Positions 26,908 through 36,700 of a DNA stretch of 64,000 nucleotides are shown here, in pieces. Source of the stretch: Phycisphaerae bacterium (lineage in GTDB: Bacteria > Planctomycetota > Phycisphaerae > UBA1845 > Fen-1342); contig CAXXWX010000019.1 of assembly GCA_963675745.2 (NCBI GenBank), forward strand, positions 224,001 through 288,000. The letters are read 5' to 3'. A program made the translations under genes and the position numbers. Numbering within the stretch: position 1 is the first letter of the stretch; each line of letters opens with the position of its first letter. Below the pieces are notes generated by a model, which saw only the letters and a list, made by a program, of their open reading frames with translations, searched no databases and was not told the DNA's origin.

Positions 26908-27969
26908 TTGCTGGCTTGGTCGGTGATTAACGCATTGGCCCGAAACTGGGCCATCGTTGCCATCGCCACGACGATCATCACACTCGTCGTGGTGCCGGTG
27001 CTGATCCTCCTGAAATACGTGCGCATCTCGCTGAACATCATGCGCACCACAAAGCCCCCCCTATCCCGCAATCCGCTGGATTTCACCCGGCTGAGCGGCG
27101 AATCCGTCAACTTCCCCGCCTATGACGGGCTGCCGCTCGAAGGCATGCTGGTCCGAGCCGATGACGCCGTCGAGCGGCGCGGCATGATCGTATTTGCACA
27201 TGAGTTCTGTTCGGACATGTACTCCTGCGCGCGTTATTGTCGGCCCCTGCGCGACCTCGGGTACGACGTGTTTGCGTTCGACTTCCGCGCGCACGGCCAG
27301 TCAGAGTGCCCACCCGACTACACCCCGCGCCAATGGGCCAGTGATCGTGAGCTCGATGACATGCGCGGCGCGATTGCATTCATCCAGACCTGGCTGGAAG
27401 AACGCGGATATTCACGCGAAGTGGGCGTGGTCGGCGTCTCGCGCGGCGCGTGCGCCGCCTTGTTGGTAGCCGAGGAAAACCCGGACATTCGCGTGATCTG
27501 GGCCGACGGCGCTTTCAGCACCGATACTACCATCGAATATTTCATGAAGCGTTGGGCGTACATCTTCGCCAAGGTGCGCGTGGTATACGAAAACCATCCG
27601 CCGGTGTTTTGGCGCTTCCTGCGCTGGTCGATGATGGTGTTCGCACGGCGAGAATTCGGGTGCCGCTTCCCGTCGGTACGCAAGGCGATCAAGCGCATGT
27701 CGCCGCGGCCGATCTTTTTCGTCCACGGGGAGAAAGACTCGTACCTTCCGGTGGAGCAAAGCCGGCGTCTGTACGCCCTGGCGGGTCAGCCCAAACACCT
27801 GTGGCTGGCGCCGGGAGCACGGCACAATCAGGCGTGCCTGCTGCACCCTGAGCGTTATGCCGAGCTGTCCAGCGCGTTCTTCGACCGCCATCTTGCTAAA
27901 ATACACCCTGCGGCCCCCGAGCGCGAGTTCACGCCGCCGGCGGTGGCGTCGGTTCCCTCGTCCGCTTGA
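26908..27969 (+). CDS. Membrane-anchored alpha/beta hydrolase
   Basis: N-terminal TM; FDFRAHGQS; nucleophile GVSRG; HGEKD; GARHN. Confidence 0.85.
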   Translation: MLAWSVINALARNWAIVAIATTIITLVVVPVLILLKYVRISLNIMRTTKPPLSRNPLDFTRLSGESVNFPAYDGLPLEGMLVRADDAVERRGMIVFAHEFCSDMYSCARYCRPLRDLGYDVFAFDFRAHGQSECPPDYTPRQWASDRELDDMRGAIAFIQTWLEERGYSREVGVVGVSRGACAALLVAEENPDIRVIWADGAFSTDTTIEYFMKRWAYIFAKVRVVYENHPPVFWRFLRWSMMVFARREFGCRFPSVRKAIKRMSPRPIFFVHGEKDSYLPVEQSRRLYALAGQPKHLWLAPGARHNQACLLHPERYAELSSAFFDRHLAKIHPAAPEREFTPPAVASVPSSA

Positions 27970-27988
27970 GCGGCACCACGGTTGCACG

Positions 27989-29659
27989 ATGGCCAACCTT
28001 CTCGAAAAACTGGCGGCCCGCCTGGCGTTTCTGCACGCCGATCGTGTGCATCGGGGCTTTCTTGCCGCTCTGCAAGACGTGGAATGCGCGCAAACCCGCG
28101 CGCTGGAAACAGCGTTGGCGCAGGTTGCGCGCAGCGACTTCGGCCGCCAACACCGCCTGGCTGCCGTGCGTACGATTGATGACCTGCGTCAAGCGTTGCC
28201 GATCCAAACGTACGAGGATTATCGGCCCCATATCGAGCGCGTCGCGAATGGGGACACCGGGGCCCTCTTTTCACCTGGCCAGCAGATCCTCATGTTCGCA
28301 ACCAGCAGCGGAACGACCGCCAAGCGAAAGCTCGTCCCCGTCACGCCGCGATTTGTCAAAGACTATAGGCGTGGTTGGCATGTGTTCGGGCTAAAGCTGC
28401 TGCGCGACCATCCGACGGCCGTTCTGCGCACGATTCTGCAATGCACCAGTCGGCATGATGAGGATCACACGCGCGCCGGGATTCCCATCGGGGCCATTAC
28501 GGGCCTGTTGGCTCGATCGCAGAAGCGAATCGTGCGCCGTTTTTACGCGGGCCGCCCCGAGCTCACCCACATCACCGACCCGCGCGCCCGCTACTACGCG
28601 TTGATGCGGTGCGCCATCGAGCGCGACGTGGGTTTCGCCGTTACCGCCAACCCCGCCACGCTGATTCGCCTCGCCCAGACGGCGGATGACGAGAGTGAGT
28701 GTCTTATACGAGATGTTCACGATGGGACGCTGTCAGCCGACATTGTCAGCGACGATGCACCGCGCATGGCCCTTCAGGAGCGCCTCAGGCCCAACTCGCG
28801 GCGTGCGGCCGAGCTTGAGGATCTTCGCCGAGAACACGCCCATCTGCGACCGCGTGATTATTGGCGCGTGTCCTTTGTATCGTGCTGGACGGGGGGCAGC
28901 ATGGGCCACTACCTGGGCCGCCTGGCCGACTGGTGGGGCGACGTGCCCGTACGCGACATCGGATTGCTGGCCAGTGAAGGGCGCGTCAGCATCCCATTCG
29001 ACGATGGCAGCCCCGCCGGCGTGCTGGATGTCACGGCGGCGTGCTTCGAGTTCATACCGATCGAGCAGGCCGAGGCGCAAGACCCGCCGGCGCTGAGCGC
29101 GCGCGAACTCGAAGTCGGTCGCAAGTACGTTGTCGTGCTCAGCAACACGACCGGGATGCTGCGCTACCGGCTTGACGATGTGGTGCGCGTGACCGGATTC
29201 CTGCACCAGGTCCCGGTGGTCGAGTTTCTCCATCGGGCTGGACGAGTGTCTTCGGTCGCCGGCGAGAAAATCACCGAAAACCAGTTGGTCTCGGCCGTAC
29301 GCCGGGCATGCGCGGATCTCGGAATAGGCGGTTTCGACTTCGTCGCCGCCCCCGTCTGGGATGAAGTGCCCTTCTACCGACTCAGTTGTCCGGTGGAAGA
29401 CACGCGGCTGGCCGCGGCGGTTGATCAGGCGCTGTCCGACGAGAACGAGGAATATTGCTCAAGGCGCAAGTCCGGTCGATTAGGTGGCTTACGGCTACGG
29501 CTGATCGACCGGGAACAGATCGCCGCGATGGATCGACGCTTCACGCAAGCGCATGGGGCGACGGCTGAGCAGTACAAGCGTCCCTGCCTGCATACCGAAC
29601 CGGGAGCCGACGACGCGGCTCTCGGCATACCTTCCGCGGCAGAAGCCGCGAGCAGATAA
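27989..29659 (+). CDS. GH3 auxin-responsive family acyl-amido synthetase-like protein
   Basis: LPIQTYEDY, FATSSGTT, ASEG, FEFIP, GMLRYRLDDVV, GEKITE. Confidence 0.88.
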   Translation: MANLLEKLAARLAFLHADRVHRGFLAALQDVECAQTRALETALAQVARSDFGRQHRLAAVRTIDDLRQALPIQTYEDYRPHIERVANGDTGALFSPGQQILMFATSSGTTAKRKLVPVTPRFVKDYRRGWHVFGLKLLRDHPTAVLRTILQCTSRHDEDHTRAGIPIGAITGLLARSQKRIVRRFYAGRPELTHITDPRARYYALMRCAIERDVGFAVTANPATLIRLAQTADDESECLIRDVHDGTLSADIVSDDAPRMALQERLRPNSRRAAELEDLRREHAHLRPRDYWRVSFVSCWTGGSMGHYLGRLADWWGDVPVRDIGLLASEGRVSIPFDDGSPAGVLDVTAACFEFIPIEQAEAQDPPALSARELEVGRKYVVVLSNTTGMLRYRLDDVVRVTGFLHQVPVVEFLHRAGRVSSVAGEKITENQLVSAVRRACADLGIGGFDFVAAPVWDEVPFYRLSCPVEDTRLAAAVDQALSDENEEYCSRRKSGRLGGLRLRLIDREQIAAMDRRFTQAHGATAEQYKRPCLHTEPGADDAALGIPSAAEAASR

Positions 29660-29789
29660 CCACCCTCTTTTTACATAATTTTCATCACCAAGCGCCATTG
29701 ACTGCCACACCCCAGCAATTTAACATCTGGCCACAATCGCATGTCAAAATAGATAAAATAGAGCAGATATGGGTTTCTTTGTACGCTTC

Positions 29790-29817
29790 TAAAGTTAAGA
29801 TAGGTGTGTAACGATAT
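29790..29817 (+). promoter_or_regulatory. Putative sigma28-type promoter in an AT-rich intergenic region
   Basis: TAAA(GTT)-N16-AACGATAT versus consensus TAAA-N15/16-GCCGATAA. Confidence 0.45.
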
Positions 29818-29916
29818 AACCGATGTCACCTGATAAAACGCGCCGGGTCGCCATGGCAGGATCCACCCCTCACATCGCGCTGCCGCGACCTGCACAAAGC
29901 GAGGCAGGAGCAGATC

Positions 29917-30690
29917 ATGGAGCGAGGCAGTCGGAAGCGGGAAGCGATAACGGCGGTCTGGGATACTTACACACGCACTCGCTCTGATGAGGCCCGCAAC
30001 AAGCTCGTCGAGCACTACATGCCGATCGTCACTAAGCTGGCGGAAATCATGTCACGCCGACTTTGGCCCCGGGTATCAGCCGATGAGCTGGCCAGCGCCG
30101 GCTTCGACGGGCTGATAGCGGCTGTCGCGGCGTTCGATCGAGATCGGGGGGTCAAGTTCGAGACTTATTGCCGACAGCGCATTGTCGGTGCCATCCGCGA
30201 CTGGCAGCGTGAAATCGACCCGCTGGGACGCTCCGGGCGGAGCTTCGAGCGGACACTGCTGGCAACGGAAAGCCGCTTTCAGGCCGAACAGGGGCGTTTG
30301 CCGACCGTGTCCGAGCTTGCCGGCGCCATGGACATGCCTCTGGGCAAGTTCACCAAGATGAAACGAACCGTACTTGCATCGCACTGCGTGCCGTTGGAGA
30401 CGACGATGGACCGCCGCGAAGAGCACAGGGTGGGGTCATTAGTGCCGGCCGACCCTCGACCGGGACCTGCCCAACACACTGAGCGCGAGTTGATTCGGGA
30501 GCATCTGACCAGGGGGCTGAAAGAACAGGATCGGCTAGTCATCGTCTTGTATTACTACGAGCGCCTGACCATGGCGGAGATCGGCGCGGTGCTCGGCGTG
30601 AGCGAGTCGCGCGTCTGTCAACGTCACGCGGAGATCATCGAACAGTTGCGGGCGCGCTTCGGCAAGCAACCCTGCGACCTGGTGGCCTGA
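29917..30690 (+). CDS. FliA/WhiG family RNA polymerase sigma factor
   Basis: RNKLVEHY, DELASAGFDGL, FDRDRGVKFETY, RIVGAIRD, LYYYERLTMAEIGAVLGVSESRVCQ; AGGAG RBS. Confidence 0.92.
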   Translation: MERGSRKREAITAVWDTYTRTRSDEARNKLVEHYMPIVTKLAEIMSRRLWPRVSADELASAGFDGLIAAVAAFDRDRGVKFETYCRQRIVGAIRDWQREIDPLGRSGRSFERTLLATESRFQAEQGRLPTVSELAGAMDMPLGKFTKMKRTVLASHCVPLETTMDRREEHRVGSLVPADPRPGPAQHTERELIREHLTRGLKEQDRLVIVLYYYERLTMAEIGAVLGVSESRVCQRHAEIIEQLRARFGKQPCDLVA

Positions 30691-30733
30691 GCAGCTCGCC
30701 TGAGAACAGACTGCCTCCCTTCCCCCTCGAGTC

Positions 30734-30766
30734 CGGGAGCCTCGCTGCAATGCATCGAGGCTCCCG
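30734..30766 (+). terminator. Hairpin downstream of the sigma gene, between convergent genes
   Basis: CGGGAGCCTCG-N11-CGAGGCTCCCG; weak U-tract. Confidence 0.5.
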
Positions 30767-30840
30767 CGATGTTTCGCCCCCATCCATTCCGACGAGCCGG
30801 CGCAGCACAAGTGTCTTCGCTGACGCGTCTGCGCAAGTTC

Positions 30841-31842
30841 TTAGTATTGAACGAGTTCGGCGCCGTCGATGACTCGGTCCCAGTCAAAGGCCGGGCCGGG
30901 ATCCACCTTGCCGCGCGTGATGTGCCAGTGACCCAAAAGCCCACTATACGCGGCCATCTCATCATCGCTCAGTACCGTCGTGCGCAGATTCCCATCCGCA
31001 TCACGCGGATAGTCCATCTCGATTCTGGGCAACACCGCGCACAGCGTGGCGGTCAGCTTGACGAGTGAATCGTACTGCGCGTCCGTCAGGTCGTATTGGC
31101 TCAGCTCACGTCCGTTGATCGTGCCCTGGACGATGTCGTTGCGGGCTGGGTACGCGACAAAACCGGGAGTGCGCACCCCGGGATCACCAATCCAAGCAGG
31201 ATAATTGACGTATGCGCGTCCTTCGTCGTCACGGGCATACCACTCATCCAGCGTCTTGGTGTCGCCATACGCCCCGATATTCGCGATCTCGACCCCGATA
31301 CTGCGATCGTTGGCACTGCCGGCGTGCCACGCGCGCTCCTTGAGATCGAGGGTTTGATAGATCGTGCCGTCCACGTCGAGCATGAAATGGACGCTCAGGC
31401 CGCGCATGTCCTGCAATACGCGAAAGCACCGCCGCGACGAGCCGCAGGCATCGTAGTGGATCACAAACAGGTCGACCCATTCCTGCAATCGCTCCAGGCT
31501 CCAGCCCGATTCCCGCACCTCCGCCAGCACCTCATCGGGCAAATGTCGCCGATACGTGCTGTAGCGAATTGGCTGCTTGCTGACCGGCTTGGTTGGGCTC
31601 TGCTGATCGCTGAAACGGCACTCGGCCCGGTAGGCGTCATAGCCTCCGGGGTCCATCCACAGCACGACAGGTGCCCCGGTGTGAAAAAGCTGCCCGCAGA
31701 CCACTATTTCATCGCCGAGACGCGTCACGGGGGCGCCTGGGTGGCCGTAGGGCCCCGGGGCAACGCAACCCGCGGTTGCGAGAAACAGAGCCAGCGCGCC
31801 AACTAATTGCCAGATCAACGCTCGATTGCCAGTCGTTTTCAT
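30841..31842 (-). CDS. N-acetylmuramoyl-L-alanine amidase (Amidase_2, AmpD/AmiD-like) lipoprotein
   Basis: LATAGC lipobox; VIHYD, LSVHF, RAWHAG, NDRSIGVEI, GHWHI, KVDPG; AGGAG RBS. Confidence 0.88.
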   Translation of the reverse strand: MKTTGNRALIWQLVGALALFLATAGCVAPGPYGHPGAPVTRLGDEIVVCGQLFHTGAPVVLWMDPGGYDAYRAECRFSDQQSPTKPVSKQPIRYSTYRRHLPDEVLAEVRESGWSLERLQEWVDLFVIHYDACGSSRRCFRVLQDMRGLSVHFMLDVDGTIYQTLDLKERAWHAGSANDRSIGVEIANIGAYGDTKTLDEWYARDDEGRAYVNYPAWIGDPGVRTPGFVAYPARNDIVQGTINGRELSQYDLTDAQYDSLVKLTATLCAVLPRIEMDYPRDADGNLRTTVLSDDEMAAYSGLLGHWHITRGKVDPGPAFDWDRVIDGAELVQY

Positions 31843-31885
31843 GGATTCTCCTGCTTGCGGAACACAACTACACCCCGCGCGGCTG

Positions 31886-32470
31886 TCAGGGTGATGGTTC
31901 GGATGGGGCCGTGGTCGGGTGTTGCGCGGCATCGCGGAGGGCGGCCCGCAGATTCTCGTGTTTCGGCAGATCCTCGAAGTCGAACAGCTTCATTTCTTCG
32001 AGCACCTGGTCATATGTCCAGCCATCATGATCTATGCGATAAAGGCCGATCGCCAGACCCGTGCGATTGGCGCCGGCGGCACAGTGTACCAGCGTCGGAT
32101 CACCGCCCTGGTCGTCCAGCAACGCCATCAACTCGCGTCTTTGTTCCGCCGTGCTTGTCCCATCGCCGCGCATCGGTACGTTGTGCCATTCGATGCCGAG
32201 GCGCTCGGCCGCCGCCCGTTCGTCAATGCACTCCGGCGACTGTGAATCGAGTAGCGAAATCACGCGCTTGATGCCGTAGCGCTCGCGCAGGTTATGAAGC
32301 TGCCGGGCCGAAACCGCGCCGCTACGGTAAAGCTGTCCCTCGACAACCGGGGCGAAGCGTTTGGGCAGCGCGGTGGCGGCGCGGTACACGGGCACCGCCG
32401 CGACCACGGCGATCAACGCCAACAGGCCGCCAATCAGGCCAATGCGTCTACGTCTGGTCTGTCGATTCAC
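31886..32470 (-). CDS. Membrane-anchored tyrosine/dual-specificity phosphatase-family protein
   Basis: LYRSG, GIKRVISL, P-loop VHCAAGANRTG; N-terminal TM. Start uncertain. Confidence 0.82.
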   Translation of the reverse strand: MNRQTRRRRIGLIGGLLALIAVVAAVPVYRAATALPKRFAPVVEGQLYRSGAVSARQLHNLRERYGIKRVISLLDSQSPECIDERAAAERLGIEWHNVPMRGDGTSTAEQRRELMALLDDQGGDPTLVHCAAGANRTGLAIGLYRIDHDGWTYDQVLEEMKLFDFEDLPKHENLRAALRDAAQHPTTAPSEPSP

Positions 32471-32746
32471 GCGTGCTTCACCATTTGGGGGCGACTCGCC
32501 TCGATCGAGATCGCGCGGCCGCACGGCCGGCGCTGAGCGACTATTGTGGTCGCGAGCGGCGTTTAGGGGAAGCGCGCACATTTGCACGCGACCTCCTGAC
32601 CGGTAGTATGAGGCCGGGCAGAGGATTGAAGGGTTGGAGGATTCATGAGATTCACACGCTTCCTTGGGGGGTTGGCAAGCCAGCGGCGTGCAAGCGGGCC
32701 GCCGGGCGCTGCGCCATGATCCAGGGTTCTTACCGAGATTACGCCG

Positions 32747-33595
32747 ATGCCTGACTGGCTTACCGTGCAGTTAACGATGGAATTAGTGGGCATCGGGCTC
32801 GTGGCCGGGCTGGTAGGCGGGATGCTGGGCGTCGGCGGCGGGATTGTCATGATCCCAGCCATGGCGTTCCTGCTGGGCGAGGGCGCAGACGCGATCTTTG
32901 GTGTCGAGTCGTTCCACGTCTACAAACTCGGGGCGATTGCCACAACCGTCGTGCTGTCCATACCCGCCATCAGGCGACACCGCCGTGCCGGTGCCATTGT
33001 ACCTGGCGTGGTGCTCGGCATGGTCCCCCTGGCGGTTGTCGGCGTCGTACTTGGCGTTCTGCTGACGCGCGTGTTTGCCGCCGAACAAACGCTGACGCTG
33101 CGGCGGTTGTTCGGCGTATTCCTGGAGCTTGTTGCCGGCTTTAACCTGTACCAGGCATGGGCGTTGAAACGCGGGCACAACGCGACCGCCCGAGCTTGCC
33201 CAGTCGGACGCAGAAGCTGGCTGTACGGCATCGCGGCGGGTCTGCCGTCCGGCTTGATCTCCGGTCTGCTCGGGGTAGGTGGGGGCATCGTAGCCGTCCC
33301 GGTACAGCGCATGGCGTTTGGCATCAGCTTGCGCAATGCCATCGCTAACTCGTCCGCCGCGATTCTGCCCATCGCGGTTGCGACAACCGTGGCCATGAGC
33401 TGGAGAGTGGCCAGCGCCGCAACCGACATCACCGTCTCGTCGGGATTCGTGCTGACCGCCTGCCTCGCGCCGGGGGCACTGGTAGGTGCCTGGTGCGGCG
33501 CCGGCCTGACACATCGCGTGCCGGTGCCCACGCTGCGGGTGGCGTTTCAGGTGTTGCTGGCAATCGCCGGCGCAAGGCTGATCGTGGCGCACTGA
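32747..33595 (+). CDS. TauE/SafE family sulfite exporter
   Basis: GGMLGVGGGIVMIP and SGLLGVGGGIVAVP repeats. Confidence 0.88.
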   Translation: MPDWLTVQLTMELVGIGLVAGLVGGMLGVGGGIVMIPAMAFLLGEGADAIFGVESFHVYKLGAIATTVVLSIPAIRRHRRAGAIVPGVVLGMVPLAVVGVVLGVLLTRVFAAEQTLTLRRLFGVFLELVAGFNLYQAWALKRGHNATARACPVGRRSWLYGIAAGLPSGLISGLLGVGGGIVAVPVQRMAFGISLRNAIANSSAAILPIAVATTVAMSWRVASAATDITVSSGFVLTACLAPGALVGAWCGAGLTHRVPVPTLRVAFQVLLAIAGARLIVAH

Positions 33596-33726
33596 GGGCG
33601 GCCGGGCCGTGCGCCGGCGGCTGACGTTTCGGCCCGGCGCGCGTATCATGCGCACAAGGTTGTGCGCCGCGCGGGCCCGATCGGCGGGTCAATCCACACA
33701 CAGGCGTGCGCTGCTGGAGGATTTTG

Positions 33727-34068
33727 ATGAGTCGCCCGAAAACCATCATGATCGACCTTGATGGTGTCATCGCCACCGAAGAACGCACCTTCGACCGGCC
33801 CTGCGCCAAGCCGCTTGACGGCGCGCGCGCGGCCCTCCAGGGCCTGCACAATGCCGGCCACACGATCGTGATCTATACCGCCCGCGGCTGGGCCGAATAC
33901 CGCTATACGAAGGAGTGGCTTGATAACCACGGCATCGCGTACGACGCACTGCACATGGGCAAGCCGATCGGCGACATCTGGATCGACGACCGCGCGATCG
34001 GCCATGAGAGCTGGCCGCAGACACTCAAGTTGCTCGAAGAGAAGGCGGGGATTACGGCGCAGGCCTAG
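33727..34068 (+). CDS. Small HAD-superfamily phosphatase (capsule biosynthesis phosphatase-like)
   Basis: IDLDGVI, IYTARG, MGKP, IDDRA; GGAGG RBS. Confidence 0.8.
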   Translation: MSRPKTIMIDLDGVIATEERTFDRPCAKPLDGARAALQGLHNAGHTIVIYTARGWAEYRYTKEWLDNHGIAYDALHMGKPIGDIWIDDRAIGHESWPQTLKLLEEKAGITAQA

Positions 34069-34155
34069 CGTCGGCGCTTTCGATCGTCCACCCACCTCGC
34101 GCGGATCACAAAGTCCGTTGCGCGCGCCTGTATGACTCATGTCAGGGAGTCTGCG

Positions 34156-35598
34156 ATGTTGCGGGACCACTACCCCTATTATCTGGCCGGCGCACCCGTC
34201 GATGCCAACCGGGATCTTGTGGTTACGAACAAGTTCACCGGCCGGCCGGCCACGTCTGTCGCCGTGGCCGATGAAGATGCGATTGACCGCGCCATAGACG
34301 CCGCCGTATCGGCATTTGAGCAGACGCGCCGGCTACCCGGTTACGCGCGTCAGGCCGTGTTGCAACACGTGGTGCGGCGGGTGACCGAGCAGCACGAGCA
34401 GCTAGCCCGCGCACTGGCGATCGAGGCCGGCAAGCCGATACGCGACGCGCGCGGTGAAGTCACACGGCTGGTCGATACATTTCGCTATGCGGCGGAAGAG
34501 GCCGTTCGGCTCGGCGGCGAGTATCTGCCGCTCGACATCAGCGCCCGTTCAGCGGGCTACGAAGGACTAGTTCGCCGGTTTGCGCTGGGGCCGTGCAGCT
34601 TCATCACCCCCTTCAACTTCCCGCTGAACCTGGTGGCGCACAAAGTCGCGCCGGCCATCGCGGTGGGCTGTCCGTGGGTGCTCAAGCCGGCCTCACGCAC
34701 GCCCGTGGGCGCGTTGTTGCTGGCTGAGATACTCGCCGAGACCGATTGGCCGCGCGCCGCATTCTCGATCCTCCCGTGTCCGCGCGCGCACGCTGACCGG
34801 TTCGTTACCGATGAGCGTTTGAAGCTGCTGAGTTTCACCGGGTCGGCAGACGTCGGGTGGCAACTCAAGTCCCGGGCTGGAAAGAAACGTGTCGCGCTCG
34901 AACTGGGCGGCAACGCCGCCTGCATTGTGGATGCCGATACCGACCTCGATTTTGCCGCCGACCGCATCACTTTGGGGGCGTTTTACCAGTCCGGCCAGAG
35001 TTGCATCAGCGTGCAGCGCGTGATCGCCCACCGCGCCGTTTATGCGGCGCTCAAGAGCAAGCTCGTCGAGTGCGCTGCAAAACTCAAGGCCGGTGACCCG
35101 CTGGAGGAAGACACGTTCCTGGGGCCGCTCATCAGCGAGAGCGAGGCCGTTCGTGTCGAGTCATGGGTCAATCAGGCGATTGATGCCGGGGCGACCCTGG
35201 CTTGTGGCGGCAGACGCGACGGATCGATCTTCTCCGCGACCTATTTGGAGAACGTCGCACGAGAGCAACGTGTCAATTGCGATGAGGTCTTCGGCCCGGT
35301 GGCGACGCTTCAGCCGTTCGATGATTTTGAGGAAGCGATTGGCATTGCCAACGACACGCGCTATGGTCTCCAGGCGGGCGTGTTCACCAGGAACATCGAG
35401 CACGCGTTTCGCGCCTACAATGAGCTGGAGGTTGGTGGAGTCGTCGTCAACGACGTGCCCAGTTGGCGCGCCGACCACATGCCGTATGGCGGCGTGAAGG
35501 ACAGCGGGCTCGGTCGAGAGGGCATCCGTTTCGCGATGGAGGAGATGACCGAGCTGAAGCTGCTCGTGCTGAACAACATCGGCCAACCGGGCTCATAG
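34156..35598 (+). CDS. Aldehyde dehydrogenase family protein
   Basis: ITPFNFPL, SFTGS, LELGGN, GQSCISVQR, EVFGP, PYGGVKDSG. Confidence 0.95.
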   Translation: MLRDHYPYYLAGAPVDANRDLVVTNKFTGRPATSVAVADEDAIDRAIDAAVSAFEQTRRLPGYARQAVLQHVVRRVTEQHEQLARALAIEAGKPIRDARGEVTRLVDTFRYAAEEAVRLGGEYLPLDISARSAGYEGLVRRFALGPCSFITPFNFPLNLVAHKVAPAIAVGCPWVLKPASRTPVGALLLAEILAETDWPRAAFSILPCPRAHADRFVTDERLKLLSFTGSADVGWQLKSRAGKKRVALELGGNAACIVDADTDLDFAADRITLGAFYQSGQSCISVQRVIAHRAVYAALKSKLVECAAKLKAGDPLEEDTFLGPLISESEAVRVESWVNQAIDAGATLACGGRRDGSIFSATYLENVAREQRVNCDEVFGPVATLQPFDDFEEAIGIANDTRYGLQAGVFTRNIEHAFRAYNELEVGGVVVNDVPSWRADHMPYGGVKDSGLGREGIRFAMEEMTELKLLVLNNIGQPGS

Positions 35599-35632
35599 AG
35601 TCGATGGCGATCCCGCGAGGGCGGCGGCCACT

Positions 35633-35657
35633 GTAGCGGCCTGCGCCTCGCAGGCCG
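35633..35657 (+). repeat. REP-like palindrome, family 2
   Basis: GTAG + CGGCCTGCG-CCT-CGCAGGCCG. Confidence 0.75.
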
Positions 35658-35861
35658 TCGGATGTTGGCGAGGCCACTCCGCGCCAACCGCCGGCGAAGC
35701 GCGGGAGGCCACGAATCTTGTGCGCAGCGCGGCCGTCAATCGGCCCGCAACGGCAGGGCTCCCTGCGCTCGACCTACCGTCCGTTTGTGCGCGGGGCGGC
35801 GTACAGGCTGGTAAGGCACGTCCAGCGCAGCGATTCGTGCCGGTTTGACTGCATGGTTGCC

Positions 35862-36644
35862 ATGGACAGCCTTCTTGTATACCGGGATGAAGCGCTCGAC
35901 GGCGCGACCAATATGGCGCGCGATGAGCACCTCTTGCACAACCCCGACATTGCGCCAGCGGCCTTGCGCGTCTACGGCTGGTCGCCGCCGACGATCAGCC
36001 TGGGATACTTTCAGCGCTTTGAGGATGTCGCGCGTCTGCCCGACGAAGTCCAGGGCCTCGCGGTCGTACGGCGGCAGACCGGCGGCGGGGCGATTCTGCA
36101 CGATCGGGAGGTGACGTATTGCCTGGTCATTGGCGCCGACCTGCCCGTCGCACGCCGGGCGCCCGACGCGCTCTACAGACTTGCCCACCAGGCCTGGGCG
36201 GAGGCACTGCGGACCGGCGGCAGAGATACACAGATGGCCCCCGATTCGTACCCCATGCCCTCGCCGCGCACCGGTCCGTTCTTCTGCTTCGAAAAGCCTG
36301 GGCGCACGGATCTGATGATTGATGGCGGGAAGTTGCTCGGCAGCGCGCAGCGGCGCATGCCGCGCGTTCCGGAAGACCATCAGGGACGGCCTGCCGGTGT
36401 TGCCGGTCGCGTGTTGCAGCATGGTTCACTGTTGCTGGGCCGGCGGTTCGCCGCACACCCGGGACATGATCTTGGCGAGCCCCCTCCGGCAGCGGTGGAG
36501 CAATGGGTTAGCGAGTTCATCAATCGTGTTGCCCGAGCCCTGGCGCTGGACCCCGAGCCGGCGAGTTGGAGTGCGGATCAACTGGCGGATGTGTCCCGGC
36601 GGCGCGAGCGTTACGCGGGTGACGCATGGACGCGGCGGCGTTGA
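35862..36644 (+). CDS. Lipoate-protein ligase/octanoyltransferase (LplA/LipM family)
   Basis: NMARDE, LRVYGWSPPTISLGYFQ, VRRQTGGGAILH, KLLGSAQRR, LQHGS. Confidence 0.9.
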   Translation: MDSLLVYRDEALDGATNMARDEHLLHNPDIAPAALRVYGWSPPTISLGYFQRFEDVARLPDEVQGLAVVRRQTGGGAILHDREVTYCLVIGADLPVARRAPDALYRLAHQAWAEALRTGGRDTQMAPDSYPMPSPRTGPFFCFEKPGRTDLMIDGGKLLGSAQRRMPRVPEDHQGRPAGVAGRVLQHGSLLLGRRFAAHPGHDLGEPPPAAVEQWVSEFINRVARALALDPEPASWSADQLADVSRRRERYAGDAWTRRR

Positions 36645-36700
36645 TCCGCGCTTGCCCGAGCGGCATTCCGGCATATGCCGCGCACGGTTAACATATCGCC

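Noticed and set aside
30841..31842. Endolysin belonging to the capsid operon
   Set aside because: It lies more than 5 kb away, separated by housekeeping genes, has a lipoprotein signal, and follows a phosphatase gene; more likely a host AmiD-like enzyme.
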